IMG/VR virus record: IMGVR_UViG_3300030433_001954
Span: 1-56,379 of that record
Reading direction: 5' to 3' (one strand)
DNA length: 56,379 nucleotides
DNA from: a virus
Taxonomy: Duplodnaviria > Caudoviricetes
The translations under genes were made by a program, and so were the position numbers. The notes beneath the pieces were generated by a model. The model did no database searches, was not told the DNA's origin, and saw nothing but the letters and a program-made list of their open reading frames with translations. Positions 29,401 to 37,619 of the stretch are shown piece by piece (position 1 is the first letter of the stretch; every line of letters starts with the position of its first letter).

Positions 29401-31002
29401 ACTATTAACTACGATGAAACCGATGGAATTGGTAAGAACCTCATTTTAACAATTCCAGAGGAAGTTGGTGCAATTGGAGAGTTTAATGGATTCATTATGA
29501 CCAACATTCAGGGTGAGATTGAAGTCAATGCAACGGATGAAGTCTTCTATGTTGGAACTTCCAGTACTATTAGTATTCCAAATGCAAATGTAACCTTTAA
29601 TAGTATCCTCTCAGATGGTAGACATTTTAAGGTCACTCATAGAAACCATGGAATGTATGATACTCAAGATAGAGTTACACTATATGGTTTTGAACCTGAT
29701 ACTAAACCAGTTCAACTTACTGCAAATTACAAAGCATCCTCTACTGGTAACCTAACAGTTGAATCTGTTGGTATTTTCACAAGTTTTGAAAATCTACCAG
29801 TTGACTCGCTAAATCCAGGTTATGTATTAATTGATGATGAAGTTATTAAGTATACTGGAGTTTCCACTTCAGCGGGTGCATTAACAGGTATTACTAGAGG
29901 TGTTGGTGCTTCTAAACCTGGTTCCCATGAAACTGGAGATGCTGTATTCAAATATGAAATGTCTGGTGTTTCATTGAGAAGAATCAATAAAACACATACT
30001 ATGAATAACACGGATTATACAAAGTATCCAACTGGACTTGATAACTATCATATCAAGTGGAATGCTGGTACTAATGGTGGTAAGGCAACTGATAGAACAA
30101 ATAATAATCCTAATGATTTCCCCAAACTCTACTTCAGAGAAGATAAATCTTGCGGTTCTTATGATGTAGTTCCACTGAGTACTAATCTTGATAGAGGTCC
30201 AAAAGCAACGCAAAATATCACATACGATGCGTTCCTGCCCAACTTCCAGATGATGCTTCCAGAAGGAACAAACATTACCGCAAAGGCAAGAACTTTCTCA
30301 GGTTCTACACCAGATAGTGGACTTTCCGCTTACATTGATCAGGGATTTGAGGATTGTGCAATTGGTGAAACTAATGAACTTACCAGCCCAAGAGTCATTG
30401 CTTCTCCAACGAATGAGAATCTATATCTCCAGGATTACCCTGGTAAAAAGTCATTCACAATCGAACTTACATTTAGTACGGATGATGATTTTGTCTCGCC
30501 AATGATTGACCTAGATAGAGTCAGTTTGATTCTCATCAATAATAGAATCAACGAACCTATCAAGAATTACGCAACTGATTTTAGAGCAAATTCTCTAACT
30601 GAAGATCCAACTTCTGCAGTTTATCTGAGTAAGATTGTTGAACTGGCAAAATCTGCAGATAGTTTGAAAGTTTACTTTGATGCATTCAAACATCCAAGTA
30701 GTGATATCAGAGTTGGATATAGACTCTTTAGAGTTGATGCACCTCAAGAACCTCTTTGGGAATTATTCCCTGGTTTTGAAAATCTTGACGTTAATGGTCA
30801 GGTTATTGACCAGAGTAATAATGATGGACATCCAGATACTAGAGTACCATCATCGTCGTCTGTTGATGACTTTGGTTCTTACGAGTTCACTATTGAACAC
30901 GTACCTCAGTTTGAAGGATTCCAACTTAAGATTTGGATGACTGGAAGTAATTCCGCATATGTACCTAAGATTAAAGACCTGAGAGCAATCGCTTCTATCT
31001 AA
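23485..31002 (+). CDS. large virion structural protein, VrlC-like / DUF4815 family (2505 aa)
   Basis: NLNASPYFDDFD..KNYKRVLFKPG.PIQARELTTMQSILQNQVEKFG, APGADRLKI, LARRTYDESGNY, FKTGFFVDNF, DPLAQSF, GSLFKSQNGATW, PKIKDLRAIA. Confidence 0.88.
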   Translation: MAQNTNLNASPYFDDFDVDKNYKRVLFKPGTPIQARELTTMQSILQNQVEKFGKHFFKEGEVVIPGSIAYDPEYTCVQIDANHLGIDVSLYIDKLVGQLIKGEISGVTAKVENYISDTQSEEGNYTLYVKYQSAGEGDFETNTFVDGENLLSLQNIDYGLSIIKEDSSFATAIVSGAIRTGSAAKIEEGVYFIRGFFIDVKSQTILLDQYDNSPSYRVGLFINEEIAVASQKNSDLYDNARGFSNFAAPGADRLKISTELTKKPLTDTNDEAFIELMRIENGVLLKFSKKQNVSSLITDELARRTYDESGNYYVNPFRVIAKESVNDSLGNNGIYGPNETTSQGNTPSPDLLALQLSPGKAYVKGYEVETINTIFVDVPKPRTTQQELDTTIPFSFGNQIELNNVYGGTQVGYGSSSQVTLYNERTATPGTANGIPIGVARVYDMQLKNDSYSGADTIFVASLYDVNTYTYITINAGKQIALPALIEGVNSNARGYLKTAMSKTDTQMVLYQVSGTFNEREPLKVNGRKLGRTVKDFRDYGFGDVRQLVSLDGNMTADIRLSQPLAIAPQGTDFTINAAAGGESDVTCSSNTFGVGIQTGDILAYNKKGETSITLNRVKAVNATGKEITLEATTSVTGVSIGALPTSDIETGNLFKLVPELFNAKDSYLFAELEYADVATVDLSQGDLVFKKSYDVTISGNALSATLESDPNIVLEPFDEEDYTLVYNDGTIEGLEQTNAVISGRTISLGGLSQNGAAVLTATLRKNKLKSRNKVYNRCATLNVERSNSRKSGTGAKSNKDGLTYSRVYGTRVQDNEISLLVPDVQAVLGVFESDGPNEPTLPKLTLENLNANILNGIQGEQIVGQDSEAIAVLVTNNGSNEVDIVYQNENNFVKGEKVVFQESNLTANVTKFTEGDKDIANDFIFNPAQYLEYADYSFLVRKEGVTPPTRKLKIVFNHFYIEPSDDGDITTVSSYDASVYTSELPYIDFYRANEILDARPRVKAYDLAVDTLSPFEYNARTFETANGSTPFFLSRDKNIKVSYDYYLGRIDKLFVNRYGEFFLKQGVPALNPRNPEDVPTALEIATIEMPPYVYNINDITIALTDHKRFRMQDIARMEDRLKNVEYYTSLSLLESETKNLTLRDSATGLDKFKTGFFVDNFRSTSAGSLGDPMHKCSIDMEEGHLRPQHYSTQIDMLLGSEAVVGTANGAANPDADLRFVEQLGTPNSVKKGDIICFKYSHEKWLENKFATRYENVNPFHVVNWIGAIELNPATDTWIDTKKTKKTIDQEGNYESTIQELGIDTNTGLSPIQWGAWETTWTGKKVIGKKNMGSIKVGTKKTGTSVHKGKQIKGRGIPITTTTTFRDKYTKFTNVTTLTTKKQAREGIQYKVSEVFETVELGPKVVSTEVLHTMRSRNIEFVARRLKPTTKLFPFFDNVFMEKYTVPKLIEIQMVSGTFQVGEDIKGSKGNHAIKARLAKPNHKYGPYKKPTQTYTINPYKTGQKIPGSYSSTSTILNLDTASLELQSASGYYGNIVKGMKIKGKTSGAIAKVTAVRLVTDNAGTLIGSLFLPDPKQTSKPSFETGTKTFTLTTSKENSTISGATDSTAESTFTASGTLQNIEETTLRIRNAQVDRLIKTDERTKKSKSTKLKGTTTFKDRTVKQTRWVDPLAQSFEVPDERGVFISKIEVYFRTKDKQGLPVTGQIRTMQTGLPTTEILPFGEVVLEPVDVKTSKTGTVPTTFEFPSPVYLETGQSYCFVLLSASNEYTVFISRMGEEDVTTVDKPESEKIIVSSQPLLGSLFKSQNGATWDPSQLEDLKFTVYRSKFKTGETTFRFYNPDLDLGNGQIATLKNNPADTIARSALVGIGTSLSSSEQTDLTPGVTMLQEGNSGFSATLDSVVGSIGIGSALDLTAVGSGFTTPYTAYDNVSLIAITGEGTGAKVELSVQNGVAIAATVSAGGTGYASGDALTINYDETDGIGKNLILTIPEEVGAIGEFNGFIMTNIQGEIEVNATDEVFYVGTSSTISIPNANVTFNSILSDGRHFKVTHRNHGMYDTQDRVTLYGFEPDTKPVQLTANYKASSTGNLTVESVGIFTSFENLPVDSLNPGYVLIDDEVIKYTGVSTSAGALTGITRGVGASKPGSHETGDAVFKYEMSGVSLRRINKTHTMNNTDYTKYPTGLDNYHIKWNAGTNGGKATDRTNNNPNDFPKLYFREDKSCGSYDVVPLSTNLDRGPKATQNITYDAFLPNFQMMLPEGTNITAKARTFSGSTPDSGLSAYIDQGFEDCAIGETNELTSPRVIASPTNENLYLQDYPGKKSFTIELTFSTDDDFVSPMIDLDRVSLILINNRINEPIKNYATDFRANSLTEDPTSAVYLSKIVELAKSADSLKVYFDAFKHPSSDIRVGYRLFRVDAPQEPLWELFPGFENLDVNGQVIDQSNNDGHPDTRVPSSSSVDDFGSYEFTIEHVPQFEGFQLKIWMTGSNSAYVPKIKDLRAIASI

Positions 31003-31003
31003 T

Positions 31004-31252
31004 ATGGATGACAAGATGATACCAGTAGAGGGCAATCCCCAACTTTATAGGGATCCCTCTTCTGATGCAATTATAAACACCTCTGACACAGAGTATTCTG
31101 CATACATGAAATTGAGAGATAAAAAACTTCGTGAAATTGAGGAAAGAAACAAAAAACTCAAAAAGATTGATGAAATTGACAATATCAAGTCGGAAGTTAG
31201 TGAAATTAAAGACATGATGAGATACATTGTATCTAAACTAGATGATAAATAA
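31004..31252 (+). CDS. conserved cyanophage hypothetical protein with a coiled coil
   Basis: IPVEGNPQLYRDPSSDAIIN motif followed by a heptad-rich C-terminus; tightly coupled to the previous gene. Confidence 0.8.
   Translation: MDDKMIPVEGNPQLYRDPSSDAIINTSDTEYSAYMKLRDKKLREIEERNKKLKKIDEIDNIKSEVSEIKDMMRYIVSKLDDK
31244..31251 (+). promoter_or_regulatory. T4-type late promoter
   Basis: GATAAATA overlapping a gene end, ~22 nt before ATG 31274. Confidence 0.65.
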
Positions 31253-31273
31253 CTAAAAAAGTAACCTAAAATA

Positions 31274-31609
31274 ATGGCAGCAAGGGTTGTAAATCTGGTT
31301 TTGGAACAAGGGGCGGATTTTACTGCCTCTTTTTCCCTAGCGAACTCCAATGGTTCGCCATTAAATATGGTTGGTTATAGTGGTATTTCTTCCATCAGAA
31401 AACATCCATCTTCATCAACTGCATTTCCTCTAACTCTATCTTTTCCTGATAGATTGCAAGGAATTGTTCAGGTTTCTATGGGTTACACTGCTACTGCAGC
31501 AATTGAAGGTGGAAGATATGTATATGATGTCATTCTAATTTCACCGAACGATTACAGAACTAGAGTGGTTCAAGGTAATGTTCTGGTAACTCCAGGGGTA
31601 ACGAAATGA
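31274..31609 (+). CDS. small beta-sandwich virion protein
   Basis: NLVLEQGADF...GRYVYDVIL...RVVQGNVLVTPGVT pattern typical of phage tail/baseplate accessory proteins. Confidence 0.75.
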   Translation: MAARVVNLVLEQGADFTASFSLANSNGSPLNMVGYSGISSIRKHPSSSTAFPLTLSFPDRLQGIVQVSMGYTATAAIEGGRYVYDVILISPNDYRTRVVQGNVLVTPGVTK

Positions 31610-32283
31610 GCATCAACGCAGTAAGTTTAGCTGGCAACGATCCATACAGAATTAGTGTTGACTACGAAGTCCCCACTAAATCGATTCAGTATGGAAATAT
31701 TATCCTTGATAGTATTGCATCCCAGTTTGATGGGGTAGCAACGAGTTTTGCATTGAAAAAGGATAATAACGCATATACCCCAGGAAATGCACAACAACTA
31801 ATTGTTATTCTAGGTAATGATGCACAAAAACCAGATCAAGATTATGTAGTTTCTGGAACCAACATCGTATTCACGACAGCTCCTGCTGCTTCAGCCACGA
31901 TTTCGATTGTTGCACTTGCTACTACTGCAGATTTAACCAGAACTTTGAACTATGTTGTCGATAGCGGCAACCTTGCAATGACACCTGGTGATAAGGGATT
32001 TATCACTATTGATGTAAGTGGAGTTATCGAACAACTTGTAATTTACTCTGAACAACAGGGTGATCTGGTTCTCGATATTCAAAAGGCAGATTTCACCACA
32101 TACCCTACGTTTACTTCGATCTTGGGCGGTGGAAATATTCAGATGATAAATAATACGAAGCTGAAAGATGACGTTCTTACCAACTGGAACACAACTATAG
32201 TTGCTGGTGATCTTCTTCAGTTTGATGTGGTTTCTGTCAGCAACATCACGAGATTCCTAATCTCTTTGAAATTAAAATTATAA
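31606..32283 (+). CDS. virion structural protein (225 aa)
   Basis: LDSIASQFDGVATSFAL...QKPDQDYVVSGTNIVFTTAP module, also present in gp7; ATGA overlap with the previous gene. Confidence 0.75.
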   Translation: MSINAVSLAGNDPYRISVDYEVPTKSIQYGNIILDSIASQFDGVATSFALKKDNNAYTPGNAQQLIVILGNDAQKPDQDYVVSGTNIVFTTAPAASATISIVALATTADLTRTLNYVVDSGNLAMTPGDKGFITIDVSGVIEQLVIYSEQQGDLVLDIQKADFTTYPTFTSILGGGNIQMINNTKLKDDVLTNWNTTIVAGDLLQFDVVSVSNITRFLISLKLKL

Positions 32284-32286
32284 ATA
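32279..32286 (+). promoter_or_regulatory. T4-type late promoter
   Basis: Exact TATAAATA upstream of ORF 32331. Confidence 0.85.
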
Positions 32287-32330
32287 ATGTTAGTTAAAAG
32301 TTTTTACCATCTGTCGAAGGAGTTGTTTCA

Positions 32331-33338
32331 ATGGCACTACTAGTTCCAAATATTGGAGAACTTGAGTCACTAAGATACCTGATTGCAAATAATAATCACA
32401 CCCCATCTCTTGCTGACCAGTCTCCTCGTAACCTCGTACTTAAGTTGTTCGTTAGTAACACAACACCTGCTGAGGGTGATGTACCATCGGCAACTGCGTA
32501 CTTCGAGCCCTATACCGCAGGCGGTACCAATGGATATGGATCTGCTCCAGTCACTGGTTATCCCGCTTGTGTAAATAACAGAACTGACCAAGATTATACC
32601 AGCCAGTACGGCATCCTTCTGAATGGATCCCGCTGGGCAATCAATCAAGTTGGATCTGGTACAACCGCAACCTATCCAGAACAAACCTTTACCTTTACTG
32701 GTGCTGCTGGTGACGTTTATGGTTATCACGTTACCCGTGCAAACAACATGCCTGTAACCGTACAGGGTGTTGAAGACTTTGCATCTGTTGGTATCGGAAC
32801 CACCGTAACTAAGGGTGACAACATCAACCCAACCATCGGTGTTATCGGTAACTCCTACCTCACCATCAACAACGCATCTAACGTTGATGACATCACCCTA
32901 GGAATGGCTGTTGGAGGTAACGCTGGTCTTGCTGAAGATACTTCGGTTATTGGTATCGACAGAGCACTTAAGGTTGTCTATCTCGACAAACCACTTGTTG
33001 ATAACATCCAGACTGCAACCGACTCTTCTGTTGAGTTCTCCTTCTCCAAGGTTACTGCAACCAACCATGGTCTAGTTGCTGGTGACGTTATCTATATTGC
33101 TGCAGGTGCTGCAAACACGACTACTGCTTCTAACACCTACACAGTATTCAACGTACCTAACGCAGACGAGTTCACTACAACTCCTGCTCTGAACGCAACT
33201 CAGAACAACCTTGCTGGTGTCGGAACTGCAACTCTGTATAGTTCCATCATGTATGCTGAAAGATTCACCAATGGTCCATACAGCATTCAGAACAATGGTG
33301 ACCAGATTAAGATCACTCTGAACGTCGCACTCGACTGA
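32331..33338 (+). CDS. virion structural protein, probably high copy (335 aa)
   Basis: AAGGAG SD, its own late promoter and terminator, frequent AAC/ATC/TTC codons; T/G/N/V-rich beta composition. Confidence 0.8.
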   Translation: MALLVPNIGELESLRYLIANNNHTPSLADQSPRNLVLKLFVSNTTPAEGDVPSATAYFEPYTAGGTNGYGSAPVTGYPACVNNRTDQDYTSQYGILLNGSRWAINQVGSGTTATYPEQTFTFTGAAGDVYGYHVTRANNMPVTVQGVEDFASVGIGTTVTKGDNINPTIGVIGNSYLTINNASNVDDITLGMAVGGNAGLAEDTSVIGIDRALKVVYLDKPLVDNIQTATDSSVEFSFSKVTATNHGLVAGDVIYIAAGAANTTTASNTYTVFNVPNADEFTTTPALNATQNNLAGVGTATLYSSIMYAERFTNGPYSIQNNGDQIKITLNVALD

Positions 33339-33360
33339 TATTTGACTTTAGTCTGAACAT

Positions 33361-33367
33361 CTAAATA
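33361..33367 (+). promoter_or_regulatory. T4-type late promoter
   Basis: CTAAATA in the intergenic region before ORF 33461. Confidence 0.55.
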
Positions 33368-33377
33368 CTTGCAGGTG

Positions 33378-33412
33378 AGGGGGTTCTTCTTTATGGGGCG
33401 ACCCCCCTTTTT
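33378..33412 (+). terminator. intrinsic terminator
   Basis: GGGGGTT...GACCCCCC stem followed by TTTTT. Confidence 0.75.
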
Positions 33413-33460
33413 CTTCGTCTATGGTATATGAACCTATGAAGAATCTGAATCGTCACCCTA

Positions 33461-36400
33461 ATGTCAAACCAGTTTAATTATAATCTTAATAGTATTAATT
33501 TCTTCATCCAGGAAAACTCTGGATCGATTACTGGTGTCTCAACAGAATTTGAAGACTATGGTGACGAACAAGGTCTTCCTGTTCAGTCGGGTGGCCAGGT
33601 TTGGTTACCACAACGTGAAGAAAGTATTCACGATTTTAGTTATAATGACACTAAGTTCTTTAACACCTTCGACTCTGAACTTACTAGATTTGATACTAAC
33701 TTAGAATTAGAAGATTGGGGTGCAGACCTCAATATCACAGAAACATTATATCCCTTCGGTACATTATCCTCCGCAAACCTTGCTGGTCTTGCGGAGTCTT
33801 TCAACGTTTCCATCTCTGGACTTGCAATTCTGTTCAGAGCAATTGGAAATCTTGGAATCAAGTTTACACCCAAATATCCTGGTAGTGGTTCAGCGACACT
33901 ATCTGGCGATGGTGATGACTCTAGATCTCGTCCATACATCGCCAGTGGTACTCTATTCAAGTTTGGTACTGCCGGTGAATCCAAGTCCTTTGACTTCGTT
34001 GGCAGCGGTCTTAAGACCCTCTCAGGCGTTGCTGTCGAGCGCACAGCAATCGGTAGAGACGAAAATACTATCCTATTCGACTTCCTCGACGCTGCTGAGA
34101 CAGCGCCAGTCGTCGTCTGGGGCGTCGATGATGAGGTTGGTGGTACTATCACCATTCTTGGGGAACTTACCCACCCAGACATTGATTATACCCCTCATTA
34201 TGGTATCGAGAAGAACATCGGTATCGGAACAACTGGTATTCAGATTTCTGGTACTACATCTGCTCTGGAGGCATTCTCTGCACAGACTCCAGAAGATACT
34301 ATCCTCTTCTCCTTCGGTTCTGCTGCGATAGAGAAGTTTGGTGGAGATCCACCAGAGAATACTCAACTATTCTCCTTCAGTGGAGAAATCGAGACTCCTC
34401 TCCGTACATTTGCGGAACAACCAACAGGAACAATTAATGTTTCTGGTGAGGTTGTTGAGAAACAAGAATTTAATTATGATGGTAGAGGACCAATTAACGT
34501 TGGTGTTCCATTCAGTTATACAGATACTTACGACCTTGGACTCTCTGGTAGTTTTGCCGAGACGTTCATTGCACAATTCGGTTCAGCTATTGCTGCTACT
34601 GAAAATAAAGTCATCATTGGCGCTCCAGGTAGAGCTGTTAGTGGTCAATACAATAAAGGTGCTGCATTCATCTATAATCATGATGGAACTGGTATCACAA
34701 CAGTTACGGGTGGTCAATTTACCGGCTACTTCGGAATAAGTGTTGGTGCAAGCACTAGTGTAACACTCAGAGATGGTGTTCATAGTCCTGCATTTGTAGT
34801 TGGCGCTCATCAGGATCTAAGTGAAGGTCGTGCATATGTCTACGATGAAAGTGGGAATGAACTTGTAGTTCTTGATCCAAATCCAAATAGTTTTGGTGAA
34901 CATTTTGGATGGTCTGTCGATGCAGGATCAGAAAGAATTGTTGTTGGTTCTCCACAGGATGATGACAATGGAACGGATTCTGGTTCTGTAGGTGTTGCAT
35001 CCGTTTATTATAATAATGGAACATCCTCTTGGGAATACACATTAACTAAGATTATTCCTTCCGATGGAGCAGCTGGTGATAGATTTGGTGATGCAGTTGC
35101 AGTCGGAGACAACAAGATTGTTGTTGGTTGTAAGAATAATAGATCCAATCGTGGTGCTGTATATGTCTATGATCTGGATGGCACAAATGAAATCAAGATT
35201 ACTGCGAGTAATGAAGACGTAAACTTCAACTTCGGTTCTTGGGTTGCGATTGGTAGTAATAAGATTGCGGTTGGTGCTCCAGGAGTACGTGGTAATAAGG
35301 GTGCAGTCTATCTTTACGACTTAGATGGTAATAACGAGAAGATAATCGAAGCCTCTGATCAGGCGGTAGGTAGATACTTTGGTACTAGAGTTGCAATTAA
35401 TGGCAATCAACTTGCTGTTGGTGCCGATCCATCTGTTTATGGTGCAGTTTATATCTACACTCTTGAGGGAACTAAAGAATTCAAGATTACTCACGATACA
35501 ATCAATCAAAGATTCGGTGAGGCTGTTGAATTCGTTGGTGACGATCTCTGGGTTGGTGCAAGATATACATCTGATCCAGAATTCTACACGGGTAAAGTTC
35601 ACAAATACACCCGCAATGTTCTTCAGGCAGCTACAGAAGCATTATCTGCACAGACTCCAGAAGATACGATTCTATTCAATACTTCTGGCGAGGCAATCAA
35701 GAAAGCAACTATCAGAGAAGTCTTCTCTGGTATTCTTACATTCTCTGGTGCTGCAACCAACGAACAATTCACTGGAGATCCACCAGAAGAGACAATTCTC
35801 TTCGTTGCAAATGGTGATGCTCATACAACCAGAGCAAGAGATAAGGTCGGAACAGGTCTTGCATCTCTATCTGGTATTGCTTCTTGTAGAGAAATTGCAA
35901 ATTATGGTTATTATGGTGATGATAGAGATCCTGGTACATCTGGTCTCATCACAATCTCTGGTTCCACACTAGCAGATCCAGACTCTGGTGTAACTTACAT
36001 CCCACATTATGGTATTGAAAGAAATATCGGTGTTGGAACCACTGGTATTCAGTTTGAACCTAGAACTAGATTTGGTTTCAATACTGGATTTGATGCCGAC
36101 GGCAATGAGCGTGGTGCAAGATACTACTCCAATGTTTATCCACGTAATGACGTTGCGGAACTCGATGGTGGTTCTGGTACTGGTGGATTCAGACTTAATG
36201 ATGACAAAGAACTCACATTCTGCAGAGCACTACTTCCATACAAGGCATCTGGTCTTGGTGTATTCAGTGGAACTGGTAACGAAGCCTTCTGTATTGTTGG
36301 ATATGAAGGTGATGCAGGAACCACATTCTTTAGTGGTGCTGCAGAAACCAGAGAAGTTGATGTCTTCGGGTTCTATGGAGATGATGCAGATCCAGGAACA

Positions 36401-37570
36401 ACTGGTCTGTTTACTATCTCTGCTCAGACTCAGGGTATTGTATTCAGAAGAACTTTTGCACATCAAGCAGAAGGTTCTCTCTTTGCAACTGGTGGAAACT
36501 CGGATATCCAACTAACATATGGATATCAAGGCGAAGGTCAAGTATCTACACTTTCTGGAGCTGCGGAAGCATTTGGTGCGGACGAAGTACAGAATGTTGT
36601 TCTTTACGAGACTCATGGTCATGGTACCGAGAGTTTTGTTGCACAACCAACCGAAGATACGGCACAATTTACGTATCAAGGTCAACTCGAATCGGAAAGA
36701 AAAACCAAGTCCTACCTTGGTCAAGTTGCATTCCCAGCAGCAATTGGTGGTGCCGCAGAATCTATTGAAAGAAATGTCGTCGGAACAATTCTGTTCTCCT
36801 TCGACACTGGAACGACAGATTCTGAAGTTAGAAAAGTTGATTCTAGTATTTCTGTTGACAGAGACGACGTTGCATTCAATGCATTCGTCAAACAGACTGA
36901 AGATGTTGCGAGAACTATTCTCTTCGACATTACAAATTCTGCAGAAACAGTACTCAATACTCTCAAAGTATACGATGGTACTGGTTCAACTGCACTATCT
37001 GGTGCATATTCAGAACTCAAGTTCACTGCAGCACATGTTGGTCTTGGTGGACTTGCAAAACATGGAGTTGCAGTCGAAAAACAAGTATTTGGTTATGTCG
37101 GCGAAGGTTCCCTCAACACACTTACTGGAGCTTCCGAAAGTTTCGCGAGAGAATCTACTACAGGAACGATTCTTTACTCCGCGACTGGTTCTGCAACAAC
37201 CAGAGTCGAGAGCGACTTTATCTATGCAAGCGCAGGAACATTCCTACCAACAGGAGCAGCAACAGAAACCAGATATGTTCCTCTCTATCCTGCTTCTGGA
37301 GCAATCACTATTTCTGGAGAACTCACTCATCCAGAAATTCAATACATTCCCGCAGTCACAGCTGGTGGACTATCAACAGTATCTGGAGCTGCAACAGTTG
37401 CAAACGTTATTGTACCATTTGCATCTGGTCGTTTCTTTGGTATTGGATCTGGAGACGAAGCATACGCAAGAAATACTTATGTCGGTATCGGAAGTATGAG
37501 TATTACCGACGAAGGTTCAACTATAAACGATCCATTCAGAATTCCACGGACATTTACCATCATCGTTTAA
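33461..37570 (+). CDS. virion/fibre protein with an FG-GAP (integrin-alpha-like) beta-propeller insert (1369 aa)
   Basis: Seven FG...(V/I)(V/I)G[AS]P-type repeats at ~34571-35611 (FGSAIA..VIIGAP, FGWSVD..IVVGSP, FGSWVA..IAVGAP and others) within G/S/T/F-rich repeats. Confidence 0.8.
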   Translation: MSNQFNYNLNSINFFIQENSGSITGVSTEFEDYGDEQGLPVQSGGQVWLPQREESIHDFSYNDTKFFNTFDSELTRFDTNLELEDWGADLNITETLYPFGTLSSANLAGLAESFNVSISGLAILFRAIGNLGIKFTPKYPGSGSATLSGDGDDSRSRPYIASGTLFKFGTAGESKSFDFVGSGLKTLSGVAVERTAIGRDENTILFDFLDAAETAPVVVWGVDDEVGGTITILGELTHPDIDYTPHYGIEKNIGIGTTGIQISGTTSALEAFSAQTPEDTILFSFGSAAIEKFGGDPPENTQLFSFSGEIETPLRTFAEQPTGTINVSGEVVEKQEFNYDGRGPINVGVPFSYTDTYDLGLSGSFAETFIAQFGSAIAATENKVIIGAPGRAVSGQYNKGAAFIYNHDGTGITTVTGGQFTGYFGISVGASTSVTLRDGVHSPAFVVGAHQDLSEGRAYVYDESGNELVVLDPNPNSFGEHFGWSVDAGSERIVVGSPQDDDNGTDSGSVGVASVYYNNGTSSWEYTLTKIIPSDGAAGDRFGDAVAVGDNKIVVGCKNNRSNRGAVYVYDLDGTNEIKITASNEDVNFNFGSWVAIGSNKIAVGAPGVRGNKGAVYLYDLDGNNEKIIEASDQAVGRYFGTRVAINGNQLAVGADPSVYGAVYIYTLEGTKEFKITHDTINQRFGEAVEFVGDDLWVGARYTSDPEFYTGKVHKYTRNVLQAATEALSAQTPEDTILFNTSGEAIKKATIREVFSGILTFSGAATNEQFTGDPPEETILFVANGDAHTTRARDKVGTGLASLSGIASCREIANYGYYGDDRDPGTSGLITISGSTLADPDSGVTYIPHYGIERNIGVGTTGIQFEPRTRFGFNTGFDADGNERGARYYSNVYPRNDVAELDGGSGTGGFRLNDDKELTFCRALLPYKASGLGVFSGTGNEAFCIVGYEGDAGTTFFSGAAETREVDVFGFYGDDADPGTTGLFTISAQTQGIVFRRTFAHQAEGSLFATGGNSDIQLTYGYQGEGQVSTLSGAAEAFGADEVQNVVLYETHGHGTESFVAQPTEDTAQFTYQGQLESERKTKSYLGQVAFPAAIGGAAESIERNVVGTILFSFDTGTTDSEVRKVDSSISVDRDDVAFNAFVKQTEDVARTILFDITNSAETVLNTLKVYDGTGSTALSGAYSELKFTAAHVGLGGLAKHGVAVEKQVFGYVGEGSLNTLTGASESFARESTTGTILYSATGSATTRVESDFIYASAGTFLPTGAATETRYVPLYPASGAITISGELTHPEIQYIPAVTAGGLSTVSGAATVANVIVPFASGRFFGIGSGDEAYARNTYVGIGSMSITDEGSTINDPFRIPRTFTIIV
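34277..35667 (+). repeat. 23-bp perfect direct repeat bracketing the FG-GAP region
   Basis: TCTGCACAGACTCCAGAAGATAC at 34277-34299 and 35645-35667. Confidence 0.85.
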
Positions 37571-37575
37571 TTATA

Positions 37576-37582
37576 CTAAATA
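37576..37582 (+). promoter_or_regulatory. T4-type late promoter
   Basis: CTAAATA upstream of ORF 37620. Confidence 0.7.
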
Positions 37583-37619
37583 AATCAGAAGAAAATAGCT
37601 ATTTGAGTCGGATAACGCT

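Noticed and set aside
36519-37499. 326-aa alternative-frame ORF (and others such as 33720-34331 and 35379-35972) overlapping the 1369-aa gene
   Set aside because: The L/Q/V/S-rich composition is what a shifted reading of GCA/ACT/GGT-rich codons produces; no motif or clear SD; treated as shadow ORFs
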